From the NCBI GenBank assembly GCA_017864995.1, contig GCA_017864995.1_4097.1: DNA of 64,000 nucleotides; one strand, given 5' to 3'. The notes below the pieces were generated by a model. It did not search any database. It saw nothing but the letters and a program-made list of their open reading frames with translations, and had not been told where the DNA came from. The stretch is from a phage. Of this stretch, positions 44,322-54,440 are shown piece after piece. Position numbers and translations under genes: made by a program. Every line of letters begins with the position of its first letter. Within the stretch, counting starts at the first letter, position 1.

Positions 44322-44813
44322 ATGACATTACAGAGTTCATTGGAAAAAGCAAAGAAGATTCATGAGTACATGAATATGGCAAAAGAAGGTTCAGTTTACG
44401 GTGTTTTCAAAGACACAAGTACTCAATATTATGTACCGGATAACCTCCTTTATAATGACTGCTCAGATACAGAAACGTGCGTACTGGATACAGAAACGTG
44501 CATACTAGATACCGACCCTAATGATTATGAATGCTACATTAATATGCATAATGAGTACATGGTCTATATTAATGATACAAATACCATCTACAGTACTGAC
44601 AGCGATTCCGATGACATTATAATTCCGAGTGAAGTACTGGAAGGTCCGTGGGATAGTGAAGAGTATTACTTCCAACAAAGTACTGTTTACGATGATGAAG
44701 TACTTGATGTTATTATAATTATGTGGTACTTTAAAAGTATTGGTTCTGGGAACTTCTATTTCGATTACAAATACGTAAAGAAAACTGTAGATAACGGTAT
44801 TAACAGGGGTTAA
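44322..44813 (+). CDS. Fam3 protein (MSLxSAL subfamily)
   Basis: WDSEEYYFQQSTVYDDE; N-term MTLQSSLEKAKKIHEYM. Confidence 0.6.
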   Translation: MTLQSSLEKAKKIHEYMNMAKEGSVYGVFKDTSTQYYVPDNLLYNDCSDTETCVLDTETCILDTDPNDYECYINMHNEYMVYINDTNTIYSTDSDSDDIIIPSEVLEGPWDSEEYYFQQSTVYDDEVLDVIIIMWYFKSIGSGNFYFDYKYVKKTVDNGINRG

Positions 44814-44814
44814 A

Positions 44815-45285
44815 ATGAGTTTAGAAAGAGCATTAGAGATTGCGAAGTTAATTGATTTATGTAAAAAGGAAATAGTACTCAATCAACTCAATGGGTATCT
44901 ATTCAAGGAAGGTAAAGCTTATTGTCGAATGATATACGATGACAGTAGTGAGTACATTCACATGTACGAAGAAAACTTAGATTCTTCTGAAACAACACTC
45001 ACTGGGTGTGATGTTAATCTGGAAGATAATTACATGTACTTCTGTCGTGATGCTGATATTTTAATACAATATACTGACATTATAACTGGTGCAGCAGAGA
45101 AACATCTTCCGTATTCAGTACTGGATAATGACTGGGGAAGTGAAGAGTTCTACTTCCAGCAGAATACTATCTACGAGGAATATGTGCTTGACAAGCTTGT
45201 CATTCTGTGGTACTTTAATAATACCGATTGTCCTAGCTTCTATCTGGACTTGGATCTACTACGAGTTATTAAAGAGGATATATGA
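44815..45285 (+). CDS. Fam3 protein (MSLxSAL subfamily)
   Basis: WGSEEFYFQQNTIYEEY. Confidence 0.6.
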   Translation: MSLERALEIAKLIDLCKKEIVLNQLNGYLFKEGKAYCRMIYDDSSEYIHMYEENLDSSETTLTGCDVNLEDNYMYFCRDADILIQYTDIITGAAEKHLPYSVLDNDWGSEEFYFQQNTIYEEYVLDKLVILWYFNNTDCPSFYLDLDLLRVIKEDI

Positions 45286-45722
45286 GTTTAGCAAGTGCAC
45301 TTAAACTGGCACACAAAATACATCACTTCCACGATAACATAAAAAGTGGTTTCTATGGTGATAAAGTAAGTGCATTTGGTAATGAGTATTATCTATCAGG
45401 TATAAAGACATACTCTGATGATATTTTACTTATGGGCCATGATAAAGACAATACTATACAGTACTCTTCATGTAGTCAATATACTAGTTTTTTTGTATAT
45501 ATTCCAGGTACTAAGATTACTTTTGACACATCAAATACACCTGTTGACTTCGGGGTACTTGATGGGCCGTGGGGTACTGAAGAGTATTACTTCCAACAGA
45601 GTCTTATTTTTAACCAAGAAATGCTTGATTCCTTGGTTGTTTTGTGGTACTTTAAGGAATTGAATTTTGAACCCTTCTTCCTTGACTGGGGAGCATGTGA
45701 ATATTTAAGTACAGGGGATTAG
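45282..45722 (+). CDS. Fam3 protein (MSLxSAL subfamily)
   Basis: WGTEEYYFQQSLIFNQE. Confidence 0.6.
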   Translation: MSLASALKLAHKIHHFHDNIKSGFYGDKVSAFGNEYYLSGIKTYSDDILLMGHDKDNTIQYSSCSQYTSFFVYIPGTKITFDTSNTPVDFGVLDGPWGTEEYYFQQSLIFNQEMLDSLVVLWYFKELNFEPFFLDWGACEYLSTGD

Positions 45723-45724
45723 TA

Positions 45725-46213
45725 ATGTCATTAGAAAGTGCATTGAAAGAAGCAAAGAAGATTCATGAGTACATGATTATGGTACAAGAAGGTTCAGTGC
45801 CTGGTGTGTATAAAACATCTGATACTGAATTTTTTGTAAAAGACCGCGACGATTATGATGAGTCAGAGATATGTGCAGAAACGTTAGTACTACACACTGA
45901 TACGGGTGATACTGATGACTGTGAATATCATATGTACAATCAGTACATTAGTTATTGTAGAGATGAAGATATTATAATTTACAGCCCTGATTACGATGAT
46001 GATGACACAATCATTCCGTATTCAGTACTGGAAGGTCCGTGGGATAGTGAAGAATATTACTTCCAGAACAGTACTGTGTACAATGAAGAAGAATTAGATG
46101 TTATTGTAATTATGTGGTACTTTAAAAGTATTGGTTCTTGTAGTTTCTATTTCGATTATGAATACGTAGAGAATACTGTAGGGGAAGATAATGTCATTAC
46201 GAAGTGCTCTTGA
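45725..46213 (+). CDS. Fam3 protein (MSLxSAL subfamily)
   Basis: WDSEEYYFQNSTVYNEE; close paralog of 44322. Confidence 0.6.
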   Translation: MSLESALKEAKKIHEYMIMVQEGSVPGVYKTSDTEFFVKDRDDYDESEICAETLVLHTDTGDTDDCEYHMYNQYISYCRDEDIIIYSPDYDDDDTIIPYSVLEGPWDSEEYYFQNSTVYNEEELDVIVIMWYFKSIGSCSFYFDYEYVENTVGEDNVITKCS

Positions 46214-46634
46214 TAAAGCAAAAGAACTACAGGCATATATTGAAGATATTAAGGCTGGGAAGTTCGAAGAAGTATACAAAGCCGAGAATGGTAACTACTA
46301 CAAGGATTGTGATTTTGCTACAACTACAGTTATTCTTGGGTTGAATTCCAAAAGTCCCGCAGATTTTTCACAATACAATCCAGATGCAGAATTTATCAGT
46401 TATGCTTATGGTGGTGAAATCCGTTTTTATAATCGCAGCAGACCTTTAAAATTGAACTTTGAAGTACTGAAAGGTCCGTGGGATAGTGAAGAGTATTACT
46501 TTCAGAATAGTACTTTGTATGATGATGAAGTACTAGATACTTTAGTTATTATGTGGTACTTTAAAAGTATTGATAGCACAAGATTTTATTTGGATTATGA
46601 ATATGTACGTGCAGCACATAAGGGTAAACGATGA
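46191..46634 (+). CDS. Fam3 protein (MSLxSAL subfamily)
   Basis: WDSEEYYFQNSTLYDDE. Confidence 0.6.
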   Translation: MSLRSALDKAKELQAYIEDIKAGKFEEVYKAENGNYYKDCDFATTTVILGLNSKSPADFSQYNPDAEFISYAYGGEIRFYNRSRPLKLNFEVLKGPWDSEEYYFQNSTLYDDEVLDTLVIMWYFKSIDSTRFYLDYEYVRAAHKGKR

Positions 46635-46945
46635 AATTATTATACAGTATTCAGTACATTCCAGGTACAATTAGTTTAATGTATTTCTTCGATCATGATA
46701 ATTTCCAGCACCTTGCCGTTAGAAGATGTAATGAATCTTTAATGATTGAATATCTTCACGATTGTGATTATATTCCTGACTTCCTTGAATGTGATTACAG
46801 AGATGATCATGAAACATTTCTTTTTCAGGAATCACTTGTATGGGATAAGAGAATTAATTTTTATGCTTTACTTGAGATACAAAAACAAGTGAAGTACTAC
46901 TGGGATTACTTAATTACCCAAAAATATATAGAGATTGAAATATAA
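46631..46945 (+). CDS. Fam3 protein
   Basis: DHETFLFQESLVWDKR. Confidence 0.55.
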   Translation: MKLLYSIQYIPGTISLMYFFDHDNFQHLAVRRCNESLMIEYLHDCDYIPDFLECDYRDDHETFLFQESLVWDKRINFYALLEIQKQVKYYWDYLITQKYIEIEI

Positions 46946-47394
46946 TGTACGAAAGTGATCTTAAGCACGCTGAAGAATTAGTTAATATAGTAAAGTTCTT
47001 TCAAAATAATGTAAAGTACTTAGACTATAAAGGGGCATATATTAGTACTATAAGTGTTGGTACAGATATACTAGGATTAGGTAATGAATATAAGTACGAG
47101 TCCCATGATTATGATTTGGAATTCAAGTACTTCGTATGGGATTCTGGAACTTTCTATTCTATAGAGGAAGATGGCAAATATTTTGAATTCACAGAAGAAG
47201 AAGTACTATTTTTAAATTCAGAAGATGCTTACTTCCAGTACAGTACTATATACCCAAATGGGGCGTTAAGAGCTTTAGTAGTTTTTAATGCATTCCTGAA
47301 AGAGAACTTTAATAATTCTATATTCATTGATTTAGATTATGTATATGAACTAAATCAGGTAATATATATGGAGTCCAGAAAAAATGAGTTATGA
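46945..47394 (+). CDS. Fam3 protein
   Basis: SEDAYFQYSTIYPNG. Confidence 0.55.
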   Translation: MYESDLKHAEELVNIVKFFQNNVKYLDYKGAYISTISVGTDILGLGNEYKYESHDYDLEFKYFVWDSGTFYSIEEDGKYFEFTEEEVLFLNSEDAYFQYSTIYPNGALRALVVFNAFLKENFNNSIFIDLDYVYELNQVIYMESRKNEL

Positions 47395-47830
47395 AAGTGC
47401 AATCAAGAAAGCAAATGATATTCTAAAAGTTGTTAAGTTCTTCAAAGAAAATCCTGAATACGTAGATGATGAACGAAGAGAAGTTTCTAATGGCACGAAG
47501 ATTACAATTGATTCTTTATTTGACACTAGCAACAACAACTGTAGTACTATTGAATTAGCATACGATTATATTTCATTGAACAGAAAATATGATGAAGTTA
47601 CGATAGAGCATCATGAGAATGAAGAATCTTTTAAAATTTCTGATATTTTATCTCTGAGTACAGAAGAAGGGTACTTCCAGGGAAGTACTGTTTATAATGA
47701 AGGAACACTTGACAATCTATGTACATTTAGTGTACTATATCAGAAGTCAGTACTGGATATATTTTATCTAGACACTGAAAAACTTGATAGGTTAGTTGAT
47801 TTCGTTACTATAGAAGAGGCATCCTTTTGA
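47384..47830 (+). CDS. Fam3 protein
   Basis: STEEGYFQGSTVYNEG (closest instance to E-x-x-Y-x-Q-G). Confidence 0.55.
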   Translation: MSYESAIKKANDILKVVKFFKENPEYVDDERREVSNGTKITIDSLFDTSNNNCSTIELAYDYISLNRKYDEVTIEHHENEESFKISDILSLSTEEGYFQGSTVYNEGTLDNLCTFSVLYQKSVLDIFYLDTEKLDRLVDFVTIEEASF

Positions 47831-48363
47831 GAAAAATTAACATTAATGATTATGATGCATTACAAGATTTATCAAAAAAGATTCGCACTATCGTACCAGT
47901 ACTGAAGAAATGCAGTACTGGATTAATCGATCCTAGTACTGTTGTTAATGAGAAGTACAATTTTCATTATGTATTACAGGGTACTGGGGCATTCCAGAAG
48001 TGTGAGGTGCGTGAGAAACACGTAATTGATACATCATTGTTTTCTATTGGTGCACCTATGTCGAATAATACTATTTTCCTGGATGACGCAGGAAATATTC
48101 AACAATTAACATTTAAGAAAAGGAAAAAGAACAATAACATTGGTGTGTACGCGATGAAGTGGGGTCAACCTGATTTGAAGCGTGAAATTCACATCCCTAA
48201 GTACAATTACAATTCATTTGAAGAACAGTGTTTTCAACTATCGTGTACTGACCCTGACTATGCTATCATTCAGTTCTATATGGAATTGCAGATTGCATTT
48301 AACAGTAATTTGTATATTAACTTATTGGCGATGAACATCGATGAAGTATTCAAAAACATTTAA
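47827..48363 (+). CDS. Fam3 protein
   Basis: FEEQCFQLSCTDPDY. Confidence 0.5.
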   Translation: MRKININDYDALQDLSKKIRTIVPVLKKCSTGLIDPSTVVNEKYNFHYVLQGTGAFQKCEVREKHVIDTSLFSIGAPMSNNTIFLDDAGNIQQLTFKKRKKNNNIGVYAMKWGQPDLKREIHIPKYNYNSFEEQCFQLSCTDPDYAIIQFYMELQIAFNSNLYINLLAMNIDEVFKNI

Positions 48364-48559
48364 TCGAATTGAATACATGAGAACTGTGAGTGCAGTGTGG
48401 GACATATGGTTCACTACTAAACCAAAAATGGATTACCATGACTTTAAGCTATTGTTCTTCGTTGGCTCTAACAAACAGGATGTTGCAATGAAGGGTTATA
48501 TTCAGCACTTACAGGAACTAATCCAGAAGAGAATATATGAAAATAATAGACCAAGATGA
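48341..48559 (+). CDS. Fam2-like small protein (dispersed copy)
   Basis: FFVGSNKQDVAM. Confidence 0.4.
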   Translation: MKYSKTFNRIEYMRTVSAVWDIWFTTKPKMDYHDFKLLFFVGSNKQDVAMKGYIQHLQELIQKRIYENNRPR

Positions 48560-48728
48560 TATTGCCAAACTATTCAATATATATTCTTCTAAAATGATGC
48601 AAATTGACTCATATAGTACTGAATTCAAAGAATTAAAAGTACTGATGTATTTGGGTACACAGTATCAGGAACAAGTTGTTAAAGAATATATTGATTCTTT
48701 ACAGAAGGATATCCGTTATGTACAATGA
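48537..48728 (+). CDS. Fam2 small protein (dispersed copy)
   Basis: MYLGTQYQEQVV. Confidence 0.5.
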   Translation: MKIIDQDDIAKLFNIYSSKMMQIDSYSTEFKELKVLMYLGTQYQEQVVKEYIDSLQKDIRYVQ

Positions 48729-49272
48729 ACTTGACTTAGCATTTGAGCGTGTAAAAATCTTCATTGAAACTTATCTTATGCATGAAACTATACTGAAAAC
48801 AAAAGGAATATGGTTCACTGATAAATTTCTTACTCTATCTATGAGAGGTGGAATGAAACATCTGTACTGCACAGATAATGCAAGAATTTCAGTACTGAAT
48901 TATGATGAAAGTGTAGCATCCAGTACCAGTTTAATTTCTACATACAATGATAATGTTATTAGTATTATGTTCAATATGAATGTCCCATCTATTTCTGTAT
49001 ATAAAAACTGTGATAGTTCATTGGAGTACAAGATTGAGCAGTACTTATATCCTAACACAGAAGAAAACATCTTTCAAAATAGTCTTATGTGGGATGATAC
49101 ATCTACTAAGTGCATATATCTTTATAATAAATTAAAAGAGTACATTGTTGATAGTTCAATTAGTACTGCTGTATTCAGTGTTACTGTTTTTAATGATAAT
49201 CGTGAAGATATGAGTTATTACAGAGACATTGTAAGAATACATGCAATGTATAAGGATCTACTATGTTATTAA
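48718..49272 (+). CDS. Fam3 protein
   Basis: TEENIFQNSLMWDD; start MYNELDLAFERV (track 48676). Confidence 0.55.
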   Translation: MYNELDLAFERVKIFIETYLMHETILKTKGIWFTDKFLTLSMRGGMKHLYCTDNARISVLNYDESVASSTSLISTYNDNVISIMFNMNVPSISVYKNCDSSLEYKIEQYLYPNTEENIFQNSLMWDDTSTKCIYLYNKLKEYIVDSSISTAVFSVTVFNDNREDMSYYRDIVRIHAMYKDLLCY

Positions 49273-49865
49273 ATGCAAATAAATGTTGTAGTACTGAGGT
49301 TCATTTGTATTTTAAGAAATTAGTAAATGATATTATCTATATGCAAGAAATCATTTATCACAAAAGAATGGACTTAGAAAAAGCATTAGTTCAGTTCTCT
49401 TTTAATCTCGATGGTGATATATCGTTAGATGGTGATGGATTGCGTATAGCATTTGACGGTAATACAAATAGGGTTTTCTTTTGGATAGATAATAAATTAT
49501 GTTCATCAATATGTCGTACTTTTTATAACCCTATTTCGGACTTATATCAATTGGTGTATTCTAAAGGTGCAGTTGAAGCATCATACGGTGATAGCTTTGC
49601 CCTAGGGAAGAGTATCCCATATATGCAATCATTTGATATTGAATTGGTCAGTACTGATGAAGATGCGATGTTCACAAATGATATAACAATGCAGCGTGAA
49701 TCTGCAATGAGATATATTACAAATTCTATGCATACATTCTTCGAAAGAACAGAATTTGATAATGTGTATATAGCAAATGTAAATATTTTTACTGACCTTT
49801 GTCAGTTCTTGAGAAGTATTTTTGATTTCGATGAAAGCTATTGTAAGCTTTATACTGAGGTTTAA
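49263..49865 (+). CDS. Fam3-like protein (degenerate motif)
   Basis: DEDAMFTNDITMQ in motif position. Confidence 0.45.
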   Translation: MLLNANKCCSTEVHLYFKKLVNDIIYMQEIIYHKRMDLEKALVQFSFNLDGDISLDGDGLRIAFDGNTNRVFFWIDNKLCSSICRTFYNPISDLYQLVYSKGAVEASYGDSFALGKSIPYMQSFDIELVSTDEDAMFTNDITMQRESAMRYITNSMHTFFERTEFDNVYIANVNIFTDLCQFLRSIFDFDESYCKLYTEV

Positions 49866-49870
49866 ATGCC

Positions 49871-50230
49871 ATGAATACCATTAGTATTACGTACTACACA
49901 ACGAAAAAATACGTTTGTTGTTTACTTTCGTTAAAGACAAATGATGATATGTTTGAAATGGCGGCATATACATTAGAATTATCAGAAGATGGTTTTCAAT
50001 GTCATGAAGCGTACTCAAATACACGTGAAGATACAATTGATACTACGCTAATGCAAGAAGATGAGTTATTTCAAGAAAGTTTAGTATGGGATAAAAAATA
50101 CTATTGTGATTTTGATTTTCTTTGTTTAATCCAGAAAGAAATGAAAAGGATCTTCGACAATTATCCGGTGAAGAGATTGAGTACTAAGCCGGAGCAGTAC
50201 AGGAGAATTTTATTCCGTTATGAAGACTGA
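49871..50230 (+). CDS. Fam3 protein
   Basis: QEDELFQESLVWDKKYYC. Confidence 0.55.
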   Translation: MNTISITYYTTKKYVCCLLSLKTNDDMFEMAAYTLELSEDGFQCHEAYSNTREDTIDTTLMQEDELFQESLVWDKKYYCDFDFLCLIQKEMKRIFDNYPVKRLSTKPEQYRRILFRYED

Positions 50231-50558
50231 ATTAGTAAAAATAATGTACGCAACTCACACTAAGTTATTATTGGTTAAAATGAATTATAACAGAAAACAT
50301 AATGAATTCTGTACATTAATCCGAAATGAGGAATCATTTACATTGCGTACCAATGATAAGCCAATGCTAACTATAAATGATTTTTCATGTTTAGATACAG
50401 GTGAATTGTTCCAGGAGTCATTAGTACTGGATAGTAGTATACATTTGGAAATTGAAGTACTACAACAGTACCAGATACTTTTGAATCGTATTATGGAAAA
50501 TTATCCATGTGAAGTTGGTGGACCAATGCAATTCAAATCAAAGATGTATGAACTATGA
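50220..50558 (+). CDS. Fam3 protein
   Basis: DTGELFQESLVLDSS. Confidence 0.55.
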   Translation: MKTELVKIMYATHTKLLLVKMNYNRKHNEFCTLIRNEESFTLRTNDKPMLTINDFSCLDTGELFQESLVLDSSIHLEIEVLQQYQILLNRIMENYPCEVGGPMQFKSKMYEL

Positions 50559-50565
50559 GGTTAGT

Positions 50566-51099
50566 ATGTTAGATAAAATAAAGAACGAGGGAACTCTATA
50601 CAATCATCTTAAGTTGGATACGTTCGAGGCAGCTATCAGTACTGCACAAGATATAATTGATATTATCAAGTACATTAAAGAAAATAAGATAAAATGTTTA
50701 AAAAAGATAAATCATTCAATGTACAAAGATGACGACATTCATGTATCAGTTCTAAAGCCAAAAGATAAAGTAAATGGGAGAGATTTCTATAATAACAGTG
50801 GACAGTATGAATGTGAATATGATCCCGAATTTAGAGGTGGATTCATGTGCTTCAGTAAAACAGATACTTCACATGTTGAGATACGTACATTAAAAGGTCT
50901 AGGTAGATTTGAGTTCATGGATATAGAACTAAATGAAGAAAACTACTTCCAACAATCATTACTTAATACTGAATACAATTTAGGTGTACTATTCATGTAC
51001 AAGTACTTATATGAGCACTTAAATGAAGACTTCTATCTGGACTTAGAAGATTACCATTTAGTATGGAAAGAAATGGTAGAACTTCGTGAGAACTCTTGA
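50566..51099 (+). CDS. Fam3 protein
   Basis: NEENYFQQSLLNTEY; start MLDKIKNEG (track 50509). Confidence 0.5.
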   Translation: MLDKIKNEGTLYNHLKLDTFEAAISTAQDIIDIIKYIKENKIKCLKKINHSMYKDDDIHVSVLKPKDKVNGRDFYNNSGQYECEYDPEFRGGFMCFSKTDTSHVEIRTLKGLGRFEFMDIELNEENYFQQSLLNTEYNLGVLFMYKYLYEHLNEDFYLDLEDYHLVWKEMVELRENS

Positions 51100-51125
51100 C
51101 ACCCTCCAAATCTTTGTGATATAAT
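51096..51125 (+). promoter_or_regulatory. promoter TTGACA-18-TGaTATAAT (internal to Fam3 array)
   Basis: consensus -35, extended -10; upstream of 51159. Confidence 0.55.
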
Positions 51126-51158
51126 CTCTTTATATTAATTGTAAAGGGTTATATCACA

Positions 51159-51638
51159 ATGTCCAAAGACCTATCATTTAGCAATGCACAAAAAATCGCA
51201 CAAAATATCATTAAACTTCATAAGTTCTTTGTAACAGTTAAAGAGAATATAATTCTCCCACGATGCACACTTTATGCGTACAAAAATTATTTGTCAATGA
51301 ATAGCAATTTGTTGCATACTACAGATGAGAATTTCTGTGGTATTCGTGTACTTGACGATGCACCATCAGGGGATTTTATCTCATATTGTTTCCATACATC
51401 TGATAGTTTTAAGTACTATCATCCTAGATCTGATGATGATGATGAATATGACACATTTAATGTTAGATCAGAAGAAGAATTCTTCCAGTACAGTACTTTG
51501 TACAATGAGAGAATCGTGTTTAGTTCTACAATTTTTACAGTACTTAAAGATGAACTCAATGACGCAAATGATAGATTCTATATGGATTTAAACTTCGTAG
51601 ATGAAATCATTGAGTACATGGAGAAAAATGGTCTATGA
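51159..51638 (+). CDS. Fam3 protein
   Basis: SEEEFFQYSTLYNER. Confidence 0.6.
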   Translation: MSKDLSFSNAQKIAQNIIKLHKFFVTVKENIILPRCTLYAYKNYLSMNSNLLHTTDENFCGIRVLDDAPSGDFISYCFHTSDSFKYYHPRSDDDDEYDTFNVRSEEEFFQYSTLYNERIVFSSTIFTVLKDELNDANDRFYMDLNFVDEIIEYMEKNGL

Positions 51639-52117
51639 TTACAACAGAATATGATTACGATGGTGTTTTAGAATTTGCATCTAACATTCATCGCATTGCA
51701 AAGGAGTTCAGAAGTCCCCAACCTTTCGGTGGAATGCCTTTTGGTGGAATGTTCCAATATGACCAATTCAGTTCAACCAAAGGAAGACTTGCCTTTAAAA
51801 ATAATAAGGGCAATCAAGTATATGCTGAGTTCTTTGACGATAATGACTTTCACTACAGAGCTGAATATATTTCATATTGCCAAGGGTCTGATTTGAAGAT
51901 TAACATTGATACATTTAGAGATTCAGTGTTTATCCCTTATAGTGAGTTAGTTTTCATGACAGAAGAAATGTACTTCCAAGGGTCTTGTATTCATGATGCA
52001 AAAGTACTTAATGCTATATTACTTTATGGTGCACTACTTCATCATTACAAATACAAACAACGATTCTTTATAGATTTAGTTGTATACCATCAATGCGTGG
52101 ATTATTTGAATGCATAA
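51635..52117 (+). CDS. Fam3 protein
   Basis: TEEMYFQGSCIHDAK. Confidence 0.55.
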   Translation: MITTEYDYDGVLEFASNIHRIAKEFRSPQPFGGMPFGGMFQYDQFSSTKGRLAFKNNKGNQVYAEFFDDNDFHYRAEYISYCQGSDLKINIDTFRDSVFIPYSELVFMTEEMYFQGSCIHDAKVLNAILLYGALLHHYKYKQRFFIDLVVYHQCVDYLNA

Positions 52118-52472
52118 TACAACAACAATTCAGTACATGACGGATGGCAATGATTGCTTTGCTTCAAGATATGAATTCATCAAGAACCATTTCGTAACCT
52201 ATATCCCTGAATATAATCAGTTTTATCTACAGATTTACCAAAATGATTCATATATGAATGAGATATATTCTGAAATAAAAATCCCTGATTATAGTACTTT
52301 ATCAGAAGAGGAATTGTTTCAGGAGAGCACTGTCAATACTGAAGATGTGTACGAACTAATGGAATACCAGAAGGTACTTAAATATTTCCATGAAGTTCAG
52401 GATATACAAATGGATAGTGTTAAAACGTGGAATTATAACACATACGAGGTAAATTATGTTCGAAATGATTAA
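52110..52472 (+). CDS. Fam3 protein
   Basis: SEEELFQESTVNTED. Confidence 0.55.
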   Translation: MHNTTTIQYMTDGNDCFASRYEFIKNHFVTYIPEYNQFYLQIYQNDSYMNEIYSEIKIPDYSTLSEEELFQESTVNTEDVYELMEYQKVLKYFHEVQDIQMDSVKTWNYNTYEVNYVRND

Positions 52473-52869
52473 AATTATGCAACGATGCATTGTTGACCAA
52501 CATGGAATATATGGATATAGTTTAAGTGCAGCTATTGACAAAAACAAAACAACATATGTAAGCTATAATGCAGTACTTGGATTTGATATATTCATTAATG
52601 CCAACAATAAAATCAAACAAGCCAAGGATGTATCTATAATGACCCCTGATGAGCTATTTCAGTACAGCTTAGTTCTGCCGGGCTGTATTGATTTACAACG
52701 TCTAGGAGCTATACAGAAGGTTTTACGCGAACATAAAGTACAACCAAATAAAATCACACACATTCCAGAAACATTCTACAAACCCATAGAAGTAGAAACA
52801 CCTGATTATATGTTAAGTGATGATGAGTTCTACAAGAAACACTTCCCTGGTAAAGTTTGGAGAGACTAA
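52456..52869 (+). CDS. Fam3 protein
   Basis: TPDELFQYSLVLPG. Confidence 0.55.
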   Translation: MFEMIKIMQRCIVDQHGIYGYSLSAAIDKNKTTYVSYNAVLGFDIFINANNKIKQAKDVSIMTPDELFQYSLVLPGCIDLQRLGAIQKVLREHKVQPNKITHIPETFYKPIEVETPDYMLSDDEFYKKHFPGKVWRD

Positions 52870-53351
52870 TGAACCGAAAGTACAGAGAAACTATGAAGTT
52901 CGCTAAGGAGTGTTTAGAGACAGTTGATTTCATTTTCGATAACAAAGACTCATTGGGTCGCCACTTCGTAATTACAAAGAAAGAAGATAAGAGATACAAA
53001 TGTCAACGATTAGGATACAGTATTGAGTTCTCCTTAATGATTGATGGTATGATAAACTCCTTATATGAATGTGGTAAGACTGATTACATTTCATTTAGAT
53101 CTTGGAGTGAACGTGTCATGTTCTTGACTCCAAATGGAGTTGTATATCCTTTTCTTGATGATTTATCAGAAGAAAGTTACTTTCAAAATAGTTTAATTTA
53201 CACAGAAAAAGAACTCAAAATGCTATTCATTATGTCGTACTTTAAAAAGTACTGCAAATTTAAATCATTAGCTTTTGAGATTTCTGCAATGAAAGTATTC
53301 ATTAAAAATGTAAAAGAATTAAAGAGGATTTACGATGTACATAGAAAATGA
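52869..53351 (+). CDS. Fam3 protein
   Basis: SEESYFQNSLIYTEK; start MNRKYRE in TAATG overlap (track 52857). Confidence 0.55.
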   Translation: MNRKYRETMKFAKECLETVDFIFDNKDSLGRHFVITKKEDKRYKCQRLGYSIEFSLMIDGMINSLYECGKTDYISFRSWSERVMFLTPNGVVYPFLDDLSEESYFQNSLIYTEKELKMLFIMSYFKKYCKFKSLAFEISAMKVFIKNVKELKRIYDVHRK

Positions 53352-53877
53352 TAATGTAAAATGCATTGCCGACATTTGTATAAAATTAATGAAAATTTTC
53401 ATTAACCCAAAATACAAGACTCGTTCTTTACGTCATGACATTGATGAACATTGTGTAATTACTATTCTAGGTGGTATGCTTGATGTAAAGTACGATGGTA
53501 AATTGTTATTCGGTATACGAGAAGAGAAGATAGATGATGTCTTCTTTTCGCCTAAAGATAAGTTTGAACCTTCTGATTATAAAGTAATTATTCGTGATGA
53601 TAGCATCTACATTAGTAGTGATCATTCAAATTACGTCGAACAGATATACACTGAAAATGTTGACTACAACCATGAACTACTAGATTTACCAAAATCAGAC
53701 ATAGATATGGAGAGAATCAAATTTTCATTATCAAATAATGAGTACTTAGGTATACAAACATATTATGCACTTCAGGGAAAGATTCCACCTGCGATGTATA
53801 TAAGAATTGAGATTGGTAATGTATTCAGTGATAAGGTTATATCAATTGCTGATAAAATATTGAAGGTACAATTATGA
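53335..53877 (+). CDS. Fam3-like protein (motif not clear)
   Basis: MYIENDNVKC; in array, same orientation. Confidence 0.45.
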   Translation: MYIENDNVKCIADICIKLMKIFINPKYKTRSLRHDIDEHCVITILGGMLDVKYDGKLLFGIREEKIDDVFFSPKDKFEPSDYKVIIRDDSIYISSDHSNYVEQIYTENVDYNHELLDLPKSDIDMERIKFSLSNNEYLGIQTYYALQGKIPPAMYIRIEIGNVFSDKVISIADKILKVQL

Positions 53878-54440
53878 ATTTTATGAATTTTACTAATTAT
53901 AATTTCCATAGACTTGAATTACGTCATTGTATTGCATTTGCAAAAACATTAATGTGCATCATTGATACACTATCATCTAAAACTTTTCGAAAGGATAATG
54001 ATTTATGCCTTAAAAAAGGTAAAGTACAAAAATACGATTATACAGATGAAACGTATTTTTATATCTTTTTGGGAACAAATGATAGTACAAGAGTAGGATG
54101 TTTGGGAACAGTTGGAACACATTGCTTTACATGGAATCCAAATTCAAGTACAGTACGAATTGACACCAACGATACATGTTATGCTGACCTTAGTACTGAA
54201 TCTGATTTAGAATCAGTTATGTTCCAACACATGTTAATTCATAAACCAAATGAAATTCTTTATCTTGTTGCTTTTAGTTATCTCTTACAAAATTATAAAT
54301 CAGGTTTTACTATTGAAACTGATATCGATGAGATTATGGATGAGATTCCTAGTTTAAAAGATATTCTTGAAGAAAAAGATTTCTATCAGGACTTTAGAGA
54401 TTTATACAACATGCACAGGGAGTTATCTGATAATGAATAA
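53874..54440 (+). CDS. Fam3 protein
   Basis: DLESVMFQHMLIHKPN. Confidence 0.5.
   Translation: MNFMNFTNYNFHRLELRHCIAFAKTLMCIIDTLSSKTFRKDNDLCLKKGKVQKYDYTDETYFYIFLGTNDSTRVGCLGTVGTHCFTWNPNSSTVRIDTNDTCYADLSTESDLESVMFQHMLIHKPNEILYLVAFSYLLQNYKSGFTIETDIDEIMDEIPSLKDILEEKDFYQDFRDLYNMHRELSDNE

Noticed and set aside
44505-44882. Minus-strand ORFs within the Fam3 array (also 46094-46279, 52356-52547, 52754-52999, 55365-55640, 59688-60076, 60155-60605, 61996-62229, 62425-62668)
   Set aside because: All antisense to motif-bearing + strand genes and without RBS.
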